Virus record (IMG/VR): IMGVR_UViG_3300046047_000272
Direction: 5' to 3' (one strand)
From: a virus
Taxonomy: Duplodnaviria; Heunggongvirae; Uroviricota; Caudoviricetes
DNA length: 64,000 nucleotides
In this document: in pieces, positions 63,028 to 64,000 of the stretch
How positions within the stretch are numbered: the first letter of the stretch is position 1
How the letters are laid out: each line of letters begins with the position of its first letter
Notes under the pieces: model-generated
What the model saw: only the letters and a program-made list of their open reading frames with translations
Told to the model about the DNA's origin: nothing
Databases searched by the model: none
Position numbers and translations under genes: made by a program

Positions 63028-63336
63028 CTCCTGCAGAGCGTATTCCTAGGATATGCTTCCTCGTGCACACGCTCTATCGTTGCGATGCCGCGGTTCCTGA
63101 AAATCGCTTCTGCACTCTAGAACATGATGTTATCCACTAGTTCTAAGGAGCCATTGACCCTGATAATTGTTGCAGCTTCGTGGTTCTAGCATGATCTGCA
63201 TCCTCGTCGCTGAGGAATGACGGTGAGATCGTGTTGAGACGCTCAGAACCGCCGGTCTAACAGCCGCAGACCCCGTATCCGTGTAATTATTGATCCTAGC
63301 AACTCGATCCGAGGACGGCGGCTTAGCGTCACGTCT
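63028..63336 (-). repeat. full copy J of ~300-bp repeat
   Basis: Same conserved blocks. Confidence 0.9.
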
Positions 63337-63478
63337 GTCAATAGCGTGAGTACATATCGTAGAGATAGCTTCACTGAGCGGATATGATGCTTATATGGTA
63401 TTATGATCATTGTGAGGAATGCGTAATCGTACGACCATGATGTCTTGACTGAGCTGAGAACAATGAAGGAGCGTTGAG

Positions 63479-63952
63479 ATGAGTAAGATTTTCGTCGCGT
63501 TGCATCGTCCTGATCTTAGGGATGATGCTATGATTGATGTCTTCATCGCTGGTGGCATATCAAATTGCGCTGATTGGCAGTCCACAGCGATGCGTGAACT
63601 CGATGGTGACGATGATGTGATCATCATGAATCCAAGGCGTCAGACAGGATTCGCTAAGACGGGTTCTTCCGCCGCTCAGCAGATTGCCTGGGAGCATGAG
63701 TATCTGAGTAAGGCGCGATGCATTCTCTTCTGGTTCCCGGCATCAAGTATCTGTCCAATAACGTTATACGAGCTTGGCTGGGCTATATCACAACCAGGAA
63801 AGAAGATCATCGTTGGCTATGAGCCTGGATATGCTCGATCCTTCGATATTCTCACGCAGCTTCACCTAGCCGCACCATCGATTCATGTTCACGATGATTT
63901 GCAGGATGTCCTTCAGGAGACGAAGGATTACCTCTCGTCTACGCATCGTTGA
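63479..63952 (+). CDS. nucleoside 2-deoxyribosyltransferase-like protein
   Basis: VFIAGGISNCADWQ...NPRR...QIAWE...LFWFP..SICPITLYELG. Confidence 0.85.
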   Translation: MSKIFVALHRPDLRDDAMIDVFIAGGISNCADWQSTAMRELDGDDDVIIMNPRRQTGFAKTGSSAAQQIAWEHEYLSKARCILFWFPASSICPITLYELGWAISQPGKKIIVGYEPGYARSFDILTQLHLAAPSIHVHDDLQDVLQETKDYLSSTHR

Positions 63953-64000
63953 TGATCGCGAGTTAACCGTCGGCAAGCGTGCCACCAATATGTACAAAGA

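Noticed and set aside
1-64000. tRNA/rRNA genes and phage structural genes
   Set aside because: No cloverleaf/T-loop signatures, rRNA motifs, or recognisable terminase, portal or capsid proteins were seen

Overview
This 64-kb window looks like part of a large extrachromosomal element (conjugative megaplasmid or plasmid-like/jumbo phage), probably from a moderate-GC actinobacterial host such as the Bifidobacteriaceae (inferred from RelA-TGS and HNH sequence style and GACAC-type promoters). I found no rRNA, tRNA, CRISPR, housekeeping or virion genes. Highlights: (1) An FtsK-like ATPase fractured by three split class-3 inteins. ORF 9972-10805 would contribute only the 3-aa extein CGG to a reconstituted Walker A (CGG+TGGGKS), and a free-standing Zn-ribbon/Vsr-like endonuclease sits antisense inside the second intein. 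(2) A ~300-bp structured non-coding repeat in 10 copies (6 full, 4 5'-only), forming three head-to-tail arrays with variable spacers. (3) A hairpin-dense, gene-free 1-kb region at 22.6-23.6 kb, next to a replication-relaxation gene and a PilT-like ATPase, where strand skew flips sharply (candidate oriV/oriT). (4) Six unrelated proteins sharing an N-terminal Cys/His leader. (5) Many small genes with GGCGTGTC-N16-TANNNT promoters. Also present: a solo TnpB, an IS607 remnant, ADP-ribose/NAD-related enzymes, Panacea, Fic and ImmA-like genes, and several homopolymer frameshifts that may be sequencing errors. All family calls come from motif recognition by eye; no database searches were run.
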